Part shown: positions 9,445 to 19,151 of the stretch, one piece after another | Layout: each line of letters starts with the position of its first letter | How positions within the stretch are numbered: the first letter of the stretch is position 1 | Source: a virus | Reading direction: 5' to 3' (one strand) | IMG/VR virus record: IMGVR_UViG_3300033485_000001 | Coordinates: 1-64,000 of that record | DNA: 64,000 nt | Notes under the pieces: generated by a model | Told to the model about the DNA's origin: nothing | Seen by the model: the letters and a program-made list of their open reading frames with translations, nothing else | Databases searched by the model: none | Program-made: the position numbers and the translations under genes

Positions 9445-9675
9445 TCAGCATCCTCGGCAGGCGCGGTCCTCCTCCCTCTTGGCCTGGACGGGGCACTCGG
9501 GCCACCCCGTCCAGGGCGTTCCGTACTCGTTGACCACGACGGCCCACACGCCGTCGCAGTCGTTGCACACGTAGAGCCTGGTGCTGTTCCCAGCCCAGGA
9601 CTCTGAGGCACCGTCCTTCTCGCCGGCGGCCTCGGCGGCCTCCAGCGACTCGTAGTGCCGGTGGTACGCGGACAT
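9445..9675 (-). CDS. small Cys-containing protein
   Basis: AGGAG RBS; CNDC. Confidence 0.55.
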   Translation of the reverse strand: MSAYHRHYESLEAAEAAGEKDGASESWAGNSTRLYVCNDCDGVWAVVVNEYGTPWTGWPECPVQAKREEDRACRGC

Positions 9676-9685
9676 GCGTCTCCTT

Positions 9686-10129
9686 TCAGACGTTGAGGGC
9701 GTGCTCCGACCAGAACGCCTTCGAGGCCGCGAGCGCCTCGGGGTTGTCCTGGATGGCCGGGTCCCACGGCTCCCTCGGCGCCTGCGGGCCACCGTAGGCG
9801 GTGTAGAGCACCACCTGGCCCTCGACGGGCTTGTCGTCCGGCCCGACGATCACGGTCATCGTCCTGACCATGACCTCGTCCCGGTTCACGATGCGGCTGG
9901 CGCCGGCGCGGTTGCCCCTCACCTCGTACCGGACCTCGGACTCGGGCACGGCGGCCTCCCCCACGATGGGGCCGTGGATCTGGCAGGGCAGGCTGGCGAG
10001 CCCCTCGGGGAGCTCGAGGGTGTGGATGCCGAACGAGCTCGCATCCCCCAGCTTCTCGAAGATGAACCGCAGGTGGGAAGTCCACAGAGCGTGATCGATG
10101 TGGGAGTCTTTGCTGATTACCAGTGCCAT
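9686..10129 (-). CDS. hypothetical protein
   Basis: AAAGGAGG RBS and TATAAG motif upstream. Confidence 0.7.
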   Translation of the reverse strand: MALVISKDSHIDHALWTSHLRFIFEKLGDASSFGIHTLELPEGLASLPCQIHGPIVGEAAVPESEVRYEVRGNRAGASRIVNRDEVMVRTMTVIVGPDDKPVEGQVVLYTAYGGPQAPREPWDPAIQDNPEALAASKAFWSEHALNV

Positions 10130-10153
10130 TGTAGGCACCTCCTTTCTACTGAT

Positions 10154-10159
10154 CTTATA
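10154..10159 (-). promoter_or_regulatory. TATAAG motif
   Basis: TATATAAGATCAGTAGAAAGGAGG on the minus strand. Confidence 0.6.
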
Positions 10160-10219
10160 TACAGGCCCGCTGACGATATTGCGCCTGACGGGCTAAGAAG
10201 AGAGCCTGGAGGCTCCCAA

Positions 10220-11428
10220 TCAGGTGGTCGAAGGGGGTGGGGACTCGTAGCTGTGGCCCAGGATCGGACCATCGCCACCGCGCACATACGGTTCCTTTCG
10301 GCGGAACTCGTAGTGCCAGTCTGTGCGCGGCCCGAGCCTGTACCGCTGGGAATGGCCGGGCACCACCGTCTTGTGGTGATGGCTGATCGAACCGCCGCCC
10401 TCTCGGACGGCTTGCCTGATGATCGGATTCAGGCGGATCCTGGTCCCGACCAACCAGGTCCTGGCAGAGATGAAACGCTTCATCTCCGCGAGTCCTCGGC
10501 GGTCCTTGCCCTTGGCCTTCTTCACAGGCGGTACTGCCGTCACCTGTGCGTTCCGCTCACGCAGGTAGAGGACGAACCCCATCACGAGGTTGAAGAGGAC
10601 CAGCCTCATCTCCTCGAAGTTCACCTCTTTTCCGAAGACCTCGGCTCGGAACTGCCCGCCGTCCGTGGGGCGAAGAAGATCGTGCTCTTTCTGGAGGAGC
10701 ACATCAAGGGCTTCTCCGTCCGTGAGCGGAAAGGATGACGAGTCGAACGAGATGTCGTCCAGTCCCGTGTCGGTGGGGAGCGGTTCCTGGATGAGGACCA
10801 TGACCAGCCGCTTCCCCCTGACCGAGGAGAGGTCCTTCCCAACGTACTCACCCTGTCGCTCGAGCATGTCCGTGTGGGACCTGGTCTCGAGCGTCCCGGT
10901 GCTGACCCCGATGCACCGGACGTCGTGCCATCCACGGCGAGTCTGCGTTCGGAGGAGCCCCTTCGGGATCTCCAGCCAGAACGCCTGGTAGGGCAGCTGG
11001 ATGTCCTCGGCGTAGACGCCGGAGAGCGTGGTGGCCGCCAGCAGGTAGCACAGGTCCTCGCTGGGGCGGTACCAGCAAGGTGTGTCGGACAGCTCCACAG
11101 AGCGCAAGCAGAGCCACACCCCCGTGAGCTCGTCGAGGATCCCTACCTGGGCCATGCGGGGGTCCCCGCCAGCCCACATCAGGTGCCGGATGTTCCCACC
11201 GGCGAACACCTCGGCGATGGGCTCGAGGCCCGCCTCGCCATCGGTGATGTCGGTCGGCCACCGAAGACCAACTGGCACCCTTCCGGAGAGGAGCCTCGTC
11301 ATGTTCCAGATCGTGAGCATGACGAAGTGCCGATAGGTGAGGGCGTGCTTCTGGACCAGGCCCAGAAGCTCCTCCATGAACCGCAGGTATAGACTCGTAT
11401 CTGGAAGACTCATGGTCCTGAATTCCAT
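10220..11428 (-). CDS. hypothetical phage protein with C-terminal VxGH...G...PYxRG motif
   Basis: 402 aa; AAAGGAGG RBS and TATAAG upstream. Confidence 0.75.
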   Translation of the reverse strand: MEFRTMSLPDTSLYLRFMEELLGLVQKHALTYRHFVMLTIWNMTRLLSGRVPVGLRWPTDITDGEAGLEPIAEVFAGGNIRHLMWAGGDPRMAQVGILDELTGVWLCLRSVELSDTPCWYRPSEDLCYLLAATTLSGVYAEDIQLPYQAFWLEIPKGLLRTQTRRGWHDVRCIGVSTGTLETRSHTDMLERQGEYVGKDLSSVRGKRLVMVLIQEPLPTDTGLDDISFDSSSFPLTDGEALDVLLQKEHDLLRPTDGGQFRAEVFGKEVNFEEMRLVLFNLVMGFVLYLRERNAQVTAVPPVKKAKGKDRRGLAEMKRFISARTWLVGTRIRLNPIIRQAVREGGGSISHHHKTVVPGHSQRYRLGPRTDWHYEFRRKEPYVRGGDGPILGHSYESPPPSTT

Positions 11429-11452
11429 GTAGCTTCCCTCCTTTCTGATCTT

Positions 11453-11512
11453 CTTATATACCTGTGATCACCCAGACTTCTGCTGGAGAGCTGGTTCCGA
11501 TCTTGCTATAAG
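11453..11512. promoter_or_regulatory. divergent pair of TATAAG motifs
   Basis: CTTATA 11453-11458 (minus) and TATAAG 11507-11512 (plus). Confidence 0.65.
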
Positions 11513-11551
11513 GGCTCTGGACGCGAAATCTCTTAGGAGGTGTATGTAGGT

Positions 11552-11656
11552 ATGTGTCCGCACTGCGTCGCGATGGTGGTTCTGGGTGTGCTGACCTGCG
11601 GGCTCTTCCCGCTCGTCAGGTGGTTGCGGTTCAAGTACGGAACGAGGAGGAGCTAG
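11552..11656 (+). CDS. 34-aa membrane peptide with N-terminal CPHC
   Basis: MCPHCVAMVVLGVLTCGLFPLVRWLRFKYGTRRS after TTAGGAGG; below the ORF-track size cutoff. Confidence 0.5.
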   Translation: MCPHCVAMVVLGVLTCGLFPLVRWLRFKYGTRRS

Positions 11657-12103
11657 GTGTCCAGGAAGAAGGGGACGAAGAAGCAACAACCAGTAGCAGA
11701 TCAGAAGCCAGAATCGACGGAAGAGGAATCCAGGAGGCCGGAGTGCTACGGCACCTTCGAGCCTGTTCCTGCGTGCCTCAAGGAGTGCTCCATGCTGGAC
11801 TCCTGCCGTCGACTCAAGGGCAAGTTGAACAGCCCCACCAGGGGCCTGTCCCGGAAGCGTTCCGACCGGGCGTTCTGCTTCAGTTGCAATGGCGGCAGTC
11901 TTCGTCTCGGCTGCATCGACCCGGTGTGCCCGAAGTACGCCTTCCTGCCAAAGTCCAAGCAGGAGGCCGGGCCTCCAGATCTGTGGTGGACCCAGCCGTC
12001 CTCGAAGTGGGACGAGCTTGAACAGGCCGCCCGCAAGGTAAAGCGTGAGATCAGTGAACCGAAGGATCAGGAGGAAGAAGATGGGGATGCAGATCAAGGG
12101 TAA
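11657..12103 (+). CDS. Cys-rich hypothetical protein
   Basis: GAGGAG RBS; several Cys clusters. Confidence 0.6.
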   Translation: MSRKKGTKKQQPVADQKPESTEEESRRPECYGTFEPVPACLKECSMLDSCRRLKGKLNSPTRGLSRKRSDRAFCFSCNGGSLRLGCIDPVCPKYAFLPKSKQEAGPPDLWWTQPSSKWDELEQAARKVKREISEPKDQEEEDGDADQG

Positions 12104-12380
12104 CCTGACCTGTCCCGACTGTGGCACGAAGCTCGATGGGGCCTCGTACACGGAGGACGTCGAGGCAGAGGTAGAGCCCTGCGACGGAGATGTCTCGATC
12201 TGCCGCTACTGCCTCGCCGTCCTCCGCTTCAGGGTCTCCGACCTGCGGGTCGGGTACCACTTCGAGAAGCTGACGGACAACGAGATCAGTGATCTACCAG
12301 AGGAGATGAAGGAGGGGCTCATGAAGGCCCTCGGCATGGCCATCGTCGCCAACGAGCTCGAGAGCCTGGAGAGGAGGTGA
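12081..12380 (+). CDS. zinc-ribbon protein
   Basis: CPDC...CRYC. Confidence 0.65.
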   Translation: MGMQIKGNLTCPDCGTKLDGASYTEDVEAEVEPCDGDVSICRYCLAVLRFRVSDLRVGYHFEKLTDNEISDLPEEMKEGLMKALGMAIVANELESLERR

Positions 12381-12685
12381 AGATGGATGAGATCAGGTGG
12401 AACCAGACGGGCGGCACGCTGCCCGAGATGGTGAAGGACGTCTCCGAACAGATCGGGGATGGCGGGGGCGCGTTGCTCATCGGCGGCCCCCAGTGGCTTG
12501 TGGCCCCGCCCGAGCTCGGCGGCAAGAAGGTCTACATCAAGAGCCAGGGCTACGTGGACGGGCCGTGCCCGGTCTGCAAGCAGGGGACGAGGACCTTCGT
12601 CTACGTGCTCGAGGACAACCTGTGCTGCTCCTGCTGCGAGCGATGCGGTCGGTACGGATGGTTCAAGAACAAGGAGGGAGAGTGA
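12377..12685 (+). CDS. zinc-ribbon protein
   Basis: CPVC...CCSCCERC; GGAGG RBS. Confidence 0.65.
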   Translation: MKMDEIRWNQTGGTLPEMVKDVSEQIGDGGGALLIGGPQWLVAPPELGGKKVYIKSQGYVDGPCPVCKQGTRTFVYVLEDNLCCSCCERCGRYGWFKNKEGE

Positions 12686-12687
12686 AG

Positions 12688-13236
12688 ATGCTGCCGATGA
12701 GCGTCGGGATCGCCGAGCTTCCGGAGTACTCGAACGAGGTGTTCGAGAGGCATGCCACCGAGGGCATCCGGAAGATCTTCGAGGAAGTAGGTGAGGTCCG
12801 GCCCATGGCGGAGGTGATGGCCACCATCAGCCCGGTGGACATGAAGAAGTCGGACAGGTTCTTCTCCATGACGATCCTGCCTCACGTCGGGGAGGTCGGG
12901 TTCGACGAGGACGTGAAGGATCAGCTCGCCTTCCTCCTCCGCAATATGGTCCAGGACTTCGAGGCCGTCGCCATCATGTTCGCCTCCGAGGGCTGGATGG
13001 TGAGGAGCAGCGACCTCGAGCGGATGGAGAAGATCCAGGCCCCGAGCGAGGAGCCGGACCGCGTCGAGGTGGTCCAGATCATGATGGAGTTCAAGAGGCC
13101 CACGACGAAGAAGCTCATCTTCGCCGAGATCAAGAGGCCATCGAAGGACAGGGTCGAGCTCGACCAGTGGCAGACCTTCGATGGTCAGGGCGGCGGGCGC
13201 TTCTACGGCATGTTCCCGCCGGAGGTGCTGAACTGA
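12688..13236 (+). CDS. hypothetical protein
   Basis: AGGAG RBS; phage-typical FASEGW motif. Confidence 0.7.
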   Translation: MLPMSVGIAELPEYSNEVFERHATEGIRKIFEEVGEVRPMAEVMATISPVDMKKSDRFFSMTILPHVGEVGFDEDVKDQLAFLLRNMVQDFEAVAIMFASEGWMVRSSDLERMEKIQAPSEEPDRVEVVQIMMEFKRPTTKKLIFAEIKRPSKDRVELDQWQTFDGQGGGRFYGMFPPEVLN

Positions 13237-13454
13237 TGGACGAGCCCCTACCAGCGGAGTACGGCAAGAGCTACCGCATCCGCGTGAAGTACAAGAACTG
13301 GATCGGGAAGCCTGACCCATCGGGGTTCAGCGAGTACTACGTCTACAGCGACGACCCCTCGTGGTTGCACGAGGAGGCTCTACGCCGGAAGCGTCTGGGC
13401 GACAAGATCCTGGCAACCGAGAAGCGGGAAGGGACGAAGTGGATCAAGATGTGA
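13236..13454 (+). CDS. small hypothetical protein
   Basis: TGATG coupling. Confidence 0.55.
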   Translation: MDEPLPAEYGKSYRIRVKYKNWIGKPDPSGFSEYYVYSDDPSWLHEEALRRKRLGDKILATEKREGTKWIKM

Positions 13455-13984
13455 AGAACCAGATGGTGGTCTGGAAGGAGGAGGTGAAGAAAGACCACCA
13501 GGAGCAGGGATTCATCGAGCGTCGGATCGTGATGCTGGTGCCCGAGTCAGACCTGGACTGCCCGGAGTGCGAGAGCGGCAAGCTGCGGCGGACGTACTCG
13601 CAGAAGATGAGGCGGTTCTACTACAAGTGCAACCAGGAGAACTGCGAGGGCTACATCGGGGCGCACCCTGACGGATCCCCACTCGGCATTCCGGCGAACA
13701 AGAAGATCAGACAGAAGAGGCAGGAGGCGCACGAGGTCTTCGACCGGCTCTGGAAGGAGGGCCACTGCAAGAGGACCACTGCCTACAGGATCATGGCTGA
13801 GAGGATGGGCATCGAGGACGAGCTGCACATCGCCAACCTCGGGTGGGCGGAGTGTGAGCAGCTCATCAAGCTCTCGAACGAGTTCCTCGTGGCAGGCAGA
13901 GCCTTCTCCGGCTCGCCTGTCGACGACGAAGACGAGGACGAGGACGAGGATGGCTGGGTGATCGTGAAAAAGGAGGAAAGGTGA
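13451..13984 (+). CDS. zf-C4 ribbon plus DUF3268-like zinc-finger protein
   Basis: CPEC...C..C.GYIGAHPDGSPLG.PAN..R..R..AH..FD.LW...R..AY..MA..MG....HI. Confidence 0.75.
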   Translation: MKNQMVVWKEEVKKDHQEQGFIERRIVMLVPESDLDCPECESGKLRRTYSQKMRRFYYKCNQENCEGYIGAHPDGSPLGIPANKKIRQKRQEAHEVFDRLWKEGHCKRTTAYRIMAERMGIEDELHIANLGWAECEQLIKLSNEFLVAGRAFSGSPVDDEDEDEDEDGWVIVKKEER

Positions 13985-15123
13985 TGGAAAAGGGAGAAGC
14001 GTTGAAGAAGAAGTTGAAGACGAACGTCCGGCTGGTGCAGGACACAGATCAGGGAGCCGTGAAGTACGAGGAAGCGTTTGAGGAGAACATTCCGGGTGGG
14101 ATGAAAGGAGAGCTTCGGGGTTACCTGCTCTGCAACGCTGCCAGCGTGCGGGAGTGGATCAGGCTCGTGGAGGAGGAGAAGATCTATCCGGTTGGGCTGA
14201 TCCCGTTCCAGCAGAACGTGATCGAGACCTTCGATCTCGAGATTGCACAGATCTTCATCGAACGGAACTTCTCGAACCGCAGGCTCGACCCTGCGACCTA
14301 CAAGAAGTACGCCCGGTCTCTGGAGGCTGGTCGCTGGAGATCCCACGGCGAAGGCGTCAAGGTCTGGCTGGACAAGGAAGGGAGCTTTGGCAAGCCGGGG
14401 TTCCTGGTCATGGTGGATGCGCAGCACCGATGCTATGCGGTGACCACGTCAGGCATCCCTATCAAGCACATGAGCCTCACGCTGATCACGGACAAAGAGG
14501 CGCTCCAGTACATCGACGTGGACGCTCGTGTGCGCTCGAATGCGGACATGCGCCGTATGCGCGGCGACCCACCCAGGAAGCCGGCGGTCATGGCTGGCAT
14601 CGTGCACGAGCACTTCGACTTCCACATTCAGCATCAGAACCTCTCGAAGGTCGAGCGCGACAAGATCATTTCGGACTGCCAGTTCTCGGAACAGCTCCAG
14701 GATCTTCACAGGGGCAGCATCAGCGCGGCTTTCGTGGCTGCTGCGCTTCGATGCATGAAGGCGGACGGGGAGGGGTCACTGGTGTTCTTCCAGGCGGTGG
14801 CCGATCCTACTAATTACAGTGGCTGCATCGACGAGATCGAGAGCTACCCGGTCAAGCAGGCCCGGAAGTTCATCGAGCGCCTCCGGACCAAGAAGTTCAC
14901 TGCTGACGAGAGGACCAGGATCGAGGCGTCCAGAATCATCCAGGCGTACATGGCCTGGAAGGTCTGGAAGCCGGCGATGTCGCAGTTCTCACTGACGATC
15001 CCGGTCAACGATGAGCACAAGAGGCCGAATGTTCCGGGGATCAACGCCATACGCGGGAGGGGTCCGCTTCCTAACCGGGTCGTGAAGGAGGAGAAGGAGG
15101 AGAAGGAGGAAGTTGTACAGTAA
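13981..15123 (+). CDS. ParB/DGQHR-like protein
   Basis: NRRL...YA..L..G.W...GE...DAQHR..A...SG...ID....RSNAD pattern. Confidence 0.7.
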   Translation: MMEKGEALKKKLKTNVRLVQDTDQGAVKYEEAFEENIPGGMKGELRGYLLCNAASVREWIRLVEEEKIYPVGLIPFQQNVIETFDLEIAQIFIERNFSNRRLDPATYKKYARSLEAGRWRSHGEGVKVWLDKEGSFGKPGFLVMVDAQHRCYAVTTSGIPIKHMSLTLITDKEALQYIDVDARVRSNADMRRMRGDPPRKPAVMAGIVHEHFDFHIQHQNLSKVERDKIISDCQFSEQLQDLHRGSISAAFVAAALRCMKADGEGSLVFFQAVADPTNYSGCIDEIESYPVKQARKFIERLRTKKFTADERTRIEASRIIQAYMAWKVWKPAMSQFSLTIPVNDEHKRPNVPGINAIRGRGPLPNRVVKEEKEEKEEVVQ

Positions 15124-15988
15124 GCAGGCTGAGAGGGCCTATGGCGACAAGCGATTGATGAGCCTGATGACACGGCCACCAAGGAAGTTGCTGGAGAGCT
15201 GGTTGGGGCCGGTCAAGATAGGAGGTGAGTTTTCGGTGGCGAAGAGGGTGGCGAACCTGGCTGCGGGCAGGTTCATCTTGGACTACCTGGTGAGACACGC
15301 CCTCACGCTGGGGAAAGAGAACGAGAAACGGATGGGGATGGGGCTGGCTGGCGAGAGCCCGCTGCATGCGGCGCTGGTGCCGGCAGCCCTTGGACTGATC
15401 AACGGGATGGATCTGTACGAGTCGGATTCAATCAAGGCGGCCACAGCCAAAGCTGCTCTGATCCAGAGTCTGGATCAGCTCCGCTCGATTTCTCCAATGG
15501 CTTGGGGTAGGACCTTCAACCATCTGCGTGTGGAGAGAGTCGACTTCACCTCAGCCCGACCTGACAAGCGCGTCGGGTACTGCTACTTCGACTTCGACTT
15601 CTGCCACAATCCGTTCAACCACGAGGGGGAAGCCAGGGGTGTGATCAGATTCGTGAACGAGAACATGGATCGAAGGGGGGAACTGATCGCGTTGACGATC
15701 ACATCACATCGTGGCTTCCACAGCAGCCCCGTAGAGCTGCTTAGAGCACAGGTCCAGGTATTCGAGAAGTACCTTGAGGGGATCGGGGCGCTAATCGAAG
15801 CCAAGACGAGCTACCCGTACAGCCAGGATATCAACATCCCGATGACCCTGTTCGTGTGGATACTCCGGGTCGTCGGCCCACAAGCGAAGAACCCCGTACA
15901 GATCATCGAGTTGCTTTCCAGGAAGAGCTCGGACGCTGCGAAGAAGGCGTGGGAGACTCGAAGGAGAATGAAAGGAGAAGCCAAGTGA
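15113..15988 (+). CDS. hypothetical protein
   Basis: 291-aa ORF, start uncertain; ends AKKAWETRRR. Confidence 0.6.
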   Translation: MYSKQAERAYGDKRLMSLMTRPPRKLLESWLGPVKIGGEFSVAKRVANLAAGRFILDYLVRHALTLGKENEKRMGMGLAGESPLHAALVPAALGLINGMDLYESDSIKAATAKAALIQSLDQLRSISPMAWGRTFNHLRVERVDFTSARPDKRVGYCYFDFDFCHNPFNHEGEARGVIRFVNENMDRRGELIALTITSHRGFHSSPVELLRAQVQVFEKYLEGIGALIEAKTSYPYSQDINIPMTLFVWILRVVGPQAKNPVQIIELLSRKSSDAAKKAWETRRRMKGEAK

Positions 15989-16272
15989 CGACCGAGTTCT
16001 TCCAGACCGTCATGGGTCGGCAGTTCTACGACGGGACGATGCCACGCATCGCCAGAGCTCTCGAGCGCATCGCCGATGGGCTCGAGGCCAAGAAGCCGGC
16101 GAAGCCCAAGTACATGTGCAAGACGTGCAAGGGCTTCAACGTGCAGCACGCCCACTGGGTGCGCGTGAACACCAACGAGGTGATGGACGTCTTCGGATCC
16201 TGGAACGAGCACGACGCTGCCTACTGCGAGGACTGCGGAGAGCCGTGCGAGATCGAGGAGTGCGCCGAGTGA
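15985..16272 (+). CDS. zinc-ribbon protein
   Basis: CKTC...CEDC; AAGGAG RBS. Confidence 0.65.
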   Translation: MTTEFFQTVMGRQFYDGTMPRIARALERIADGLEAKKPAKPKYMCKTCKGFNVQHAHWVRVNTNEVMDVFGSWNEHDAAYCEDCGEPCEIEECAE

Positions 16273-16892
16273 CGATCGAGTTCCAGCGGCAGCTCTTCAC
16301 GGCCGACTGGCACCTGGATCATAGGAACATCCTCAGCCCCACCGAGAGGAAGTTCGAGAACGTCCTCGAGATGGGCCGGGAGTTCTTCCAGCAGCTCGAG
16401 CAGATGGTCAAGCCGGGGGACATCCTCTACTACCTCGGCGACCTGACGCTGAATCACAAGATCGCTGGTGAGATGATCGAGCAGATCGTGAACGTCGTGA
16501 AGCAGGTGGTGTTCGTCTTCGGCAACCACGACGACGCCCGCAACGTCATCGCTGCGAGCAAGGGCGTCGTGTGGACTGGGGACATCAAGCAGATCAAGCT
16601 GCGGGTGACAGAGCCGCTGGCGACGGCGCACTTCGGTACGCCGCACACGGAGACATTTCCCTGCGTGCTCTGTCACTATCCGATGAGATCATGGAACGGT
16701 TCGACCCACGGGTTCCGCCATCTCCACGGCCACAGCCACGGCAAGGCACGGGAGTGGCGGAACGCCCTGGACGTCGGCATCGACAACGCCTACAAGCTCC
16801 TGGGAGCGTACCGGCCCTTCACGGCCGACGAGGTCCGGGAGCAGATCGATCGCATCAACAAGGAGGTGAAGTTTGAAGGCCGGAAAGACTGA
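16269..16892 (+). CDS. calcineurin-like metallophosphoesterase
   Basis: ADWHLDH, LGDL, GNHD, HYP, HGHSH, DVGID. Confidence 0.9.
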   Translation: MTIEFQRQLFTADWHLDHRNILSPTERKFENVLEMGREFFQQLEQMVKPGDILYYLGDLTLNHKIAGEMIEQIVNVVKQVVFVFGNHDDARNVIAASKGVVWTGDIKQIKLRVTEPLATAHFGTPHTETFPCVLCHYPMRSWNGSTHGFRHLHGHSHGKAREWRNALDVGIDNAYKLLGAYRPFTADEVREQIDRINKEVKFEGRKD

Positions 16893-17643
16893 GATCGTCT
16901 GCGTCATTGACCGGAGCGGGTCGATGGCCTCGATCAAGCAAGACGCCATCGGAGGGTTCAACACCTTCCTGGAGGAGCAGAAGAAGGTGCCGGGGGAGTG
17001 CGTGTTCACGTACACCCAGTTCAACCAGAACTACGACGTGGTCCACAACGGGATCAAGCTCCAGGACATGAAGCCGCTGGACGAGGACACCTACGTGCCC
17101 GCCGGTATGACGGCGATGCTCGACGCCATCGGACGCACGGTGGACGAGGTGGGGATCCGCCTCAACCACACCCCCGAGGCCGAGAAGCCCGAGCAGGTCA
17201 TCCTCGTCATCCTCACGGACGGCGAGGAGAACTCGAGCAGGGAGTACAGCTGGGAGCGGGTCGCCGAGATGCTCAAGCACCAGACCGAGAAGTACGGCTG
17301 GCGCGTGATCTTCCTGGCGCAGAACCTCGACTCCCAGACCACTGCTCGGAAGATGGGCCTCGACTCCAAGCTCTCGAACGTCTACGTGGCGAACATGATG
17401 AAGGGAGGCGGGGGCTACCGCTCCGCAGTCCGCGCTGCCTCCTACGCCGCCGCGAGCTCGAGGACCATGGGCGACATCGACAAGAGCGGGACCTCCGCCA
17501 TCATCGGCGGGGACGACCCGGATCCCGACGAGCCGCCCAAGCCCAACCGCGCCACCGGCAAGGGCATCGCCCGCGCTCAGGAGGAGAAGGCGAAGGAGGC
17601 CCGCCGACGTCGCCGTGGCAGCGGCGAACCCAACCTGAACTGA
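16873..17643 (+). CDS. von Willebrand factor A domain protein
   Basis: MIDAS DRSGSM, TAMLDAIG, LTDGEENSS; TTG start after GGAGG. Confidence 0.9.
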   Translation: MKAGKTEIVCVIDRSGSMASIKQDAIGGFNTFLEEQKKVPGECVFTYTQFNQNYDVVHNGIKLQDMKPLDEDTYVPAGMTAMLDAIGRTVDEVGIRLNHTPEAEKPEQVILVILTDGEENSSREYSWERVAEMLKHQTEKYGWRVIFLAQNLDSQTTARKMGLDSKLSNVYVANMMKGGGGYRSAVRAASYAAASSRTMGDIDKSGTSAIIGGDDPDPDEPPKPNRATGKGIARAQEEKAKEARRRRRGSGEPNLN

Positions 17644-17676
17644 CACCCCCACAAATCCCCCCGTTTCAGGGGGTAC

Positions 17677-17700
17677 GAAGGCTCCCGCGAGCCTTCCTCT
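17677..17700 (+). terminator. terminator-like hairpin
   Basis: GAAGGCTC-CCGC-GAGCCTTC then CTCTT. Confidence 0.5.
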
Positions 17701-17708
17701 TAGCCTGG

Positions 17709-17714
17709 TATAAG
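17709..17714 (+). promoter_or_regulatory. TATAAG motif
   Basis: CTCTTAGCCTGGTATAAGATCGTTG; 23/25 identical to the copy at 38307. Confidence 0.7.
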
Positions 17715-17738
17715 ATCGTTGGCTGACGAGTCTCTTAG

Positions 17739-17945
17739 ATGGAGGTGAAGATGCGGGAGAAGAAGCCGGAGGCGAAGTGCGAGTGCGGAGCGTCGCTACC
17801 TACGCACCTGCTCGGCCTCGGTCTCACGAAGCACGTCTGCTCGTGCAACAGGGCCTACGTGGAGAAGAAGGGCGTGTTCGTGCCGAATGGGACGGCGCCC
17901 AACCCCTTCGTCGACTACGAGCGTGAGCACGGAGGTGTGAAGTGA
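17739..17945 (+). CDS. small Cys-containing protein
   Basis: CEC...CSC. Confidence 0.55.
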   Translation: MEVKMREKKPEAKCECGASLPTHLLGLGLTKHVCSCNRAYVEKKGVFVPNGTAPNPFVDYEREHGGVK

Positions 17946-18343
17946 AGAAGATCGACCTGGAGGCGATGCAGCGCGAGCTCGACGAGAAGGGGCCGAGTGG
18001 GTTCAAGAAGGTCCACGAGAACAAGGACGGCTTCTGCGCGATGCTGCCGTACCACATGATCTCCTGGCGTCCAAGAGAGGGTGCGGGCGGTGTCGAGGTG
18101 CAGATCCAGCTCGTCCACCCTGACGGTAGGAGCAGGGGCATCATCCTGGTCGTGCCCAACGAGTTCCTGATCGACACGGCCCCTGGGGAGCACTTCGTCC
18201 ACCAGTTCGTGAGGAGGGACGAGTGGCGCTCTGGTGAATTTGGGGAGCTGGGCATCCAGCAGTGTCCGTGCTGCAAGGGATGCGGCTTCGTGCAGATCGC
18301 CGGTGTGGTCAACGTCGTGACCGAGGGGAAGACCGATGAGTGA
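17942..18343 (+). CDS. hypothetical protein with C-terminal CPCCKGC
   Basis: GGAGG RBS. Confidence 0.6.
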   Translation: MKKIDLEAMQRELDEKGPSGFKKVHENKDGFCAMLPYHMISWRPREGAGGVEVQIQLVHPDGRSRGIILVVPNEFLIDTAPGEHFVHQFVRRDEWRSGEFGELGIQQCPCCKGCGFVQIAGVVNVVTEGKTDE

Positions 18344-19151
18344 TCACACCTGGGAGGACCACGTCGAGCCTGCGCTCAACGCCACCGAGTGGGTCCTGGA
18401 GCGGCTGCTCGACACGTTCCAGAGCCTCGTCGACAACGAGCTCGAGGAGCATGGCGAGTTCGAGGTGGCCGTCGAGGACGTGAAGGAGATGATCAAGGAT
18501 CTACAGCGCCTCCGCGACAACTGCTACAACAGGCGCGAGGGCGACTACCAGGAGTACGAAGAGGAGGAAGAGGAGGCCCCTGCCGAGGTCGATGTCCAGA
18601 AGATCATGAAGGAGCAGGGCCTCAAGCAGGTGGACGGGATCCATTACAAGGAGGAGGCGTACACCGGCGCCAAGGCCGGGCTGATGATCCAGCACGAGGT
18701 GGTCATCTCGGACTACCTGAACGGCAAGGAGTCGTGGGAGATGGTGCTCGAGCGCGTCGAGAAGATTGACGGGCTCGTCACGTACCTGTTGAAGGAGAAG
18801 CACGGCCCCATGGCCGTCCGGCTCAAGCTGGGCAAGTACGCCTTCCTCTTCTACAACCCACGCACGAACCTCATGAGCCCCTTCACACTCCTGGACGAGG
18901 TGCGAGGCGACAGGAACGGGGTGCCGAACAGGATCCTGGCGCGGTGGGATGGGTTGAAGTATCCCGGTGCTCCAGGTGCAGTCAGGATCTTCCGCGACGA
19001 TGCAGTCGTTGCCAACAAGGACTGCACTCACTTCTCCCAGATCATCGCGCTGCTCGAAGACCTGCCGCCAGACTTCTTGGCAGAGGAGATCCACGAGAAG
19101 TGGCACCCGCCGAAGACACTCCGGGAGAGCATCGAGAAAAACCAGCGATGA
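18336..19151 (+). CDS. hypothetical protein
   Basis: 271-aa ORF in operon. Confidence 0.7.
   Translation: MSDHTWEDHVEPALNATEWVLERLLDTFQSLVDNELEEHGEFEVAVEDVKEMIKDLQRLRDNCYNRREGDYQEYEEEEEEAPAEVDVQKIMKEQGLKQVDGIHYKEEAYTGAKAGLMIQHEVVISDYLNGKESWEMVLERVEKIDGLVTYLLKEKHGPMAVRLKLGKYAFLFYNPRTNLMSPFTLLDEVRGDRNGVPNRILARWDGLKYPGAPGAVRIFRDDAVVANKDCTHFSQIIALLEDLPPDFLAEEIHEKWHPPKTLRESIEKNQR

Noticed and set aside
1729-17643. MoxR AAA-vWA chaperone pair
   Set aside because: The ATPase has classical AAA (SRH) motifs rather than MoxR features and lies 13 kb from the vWA gene.
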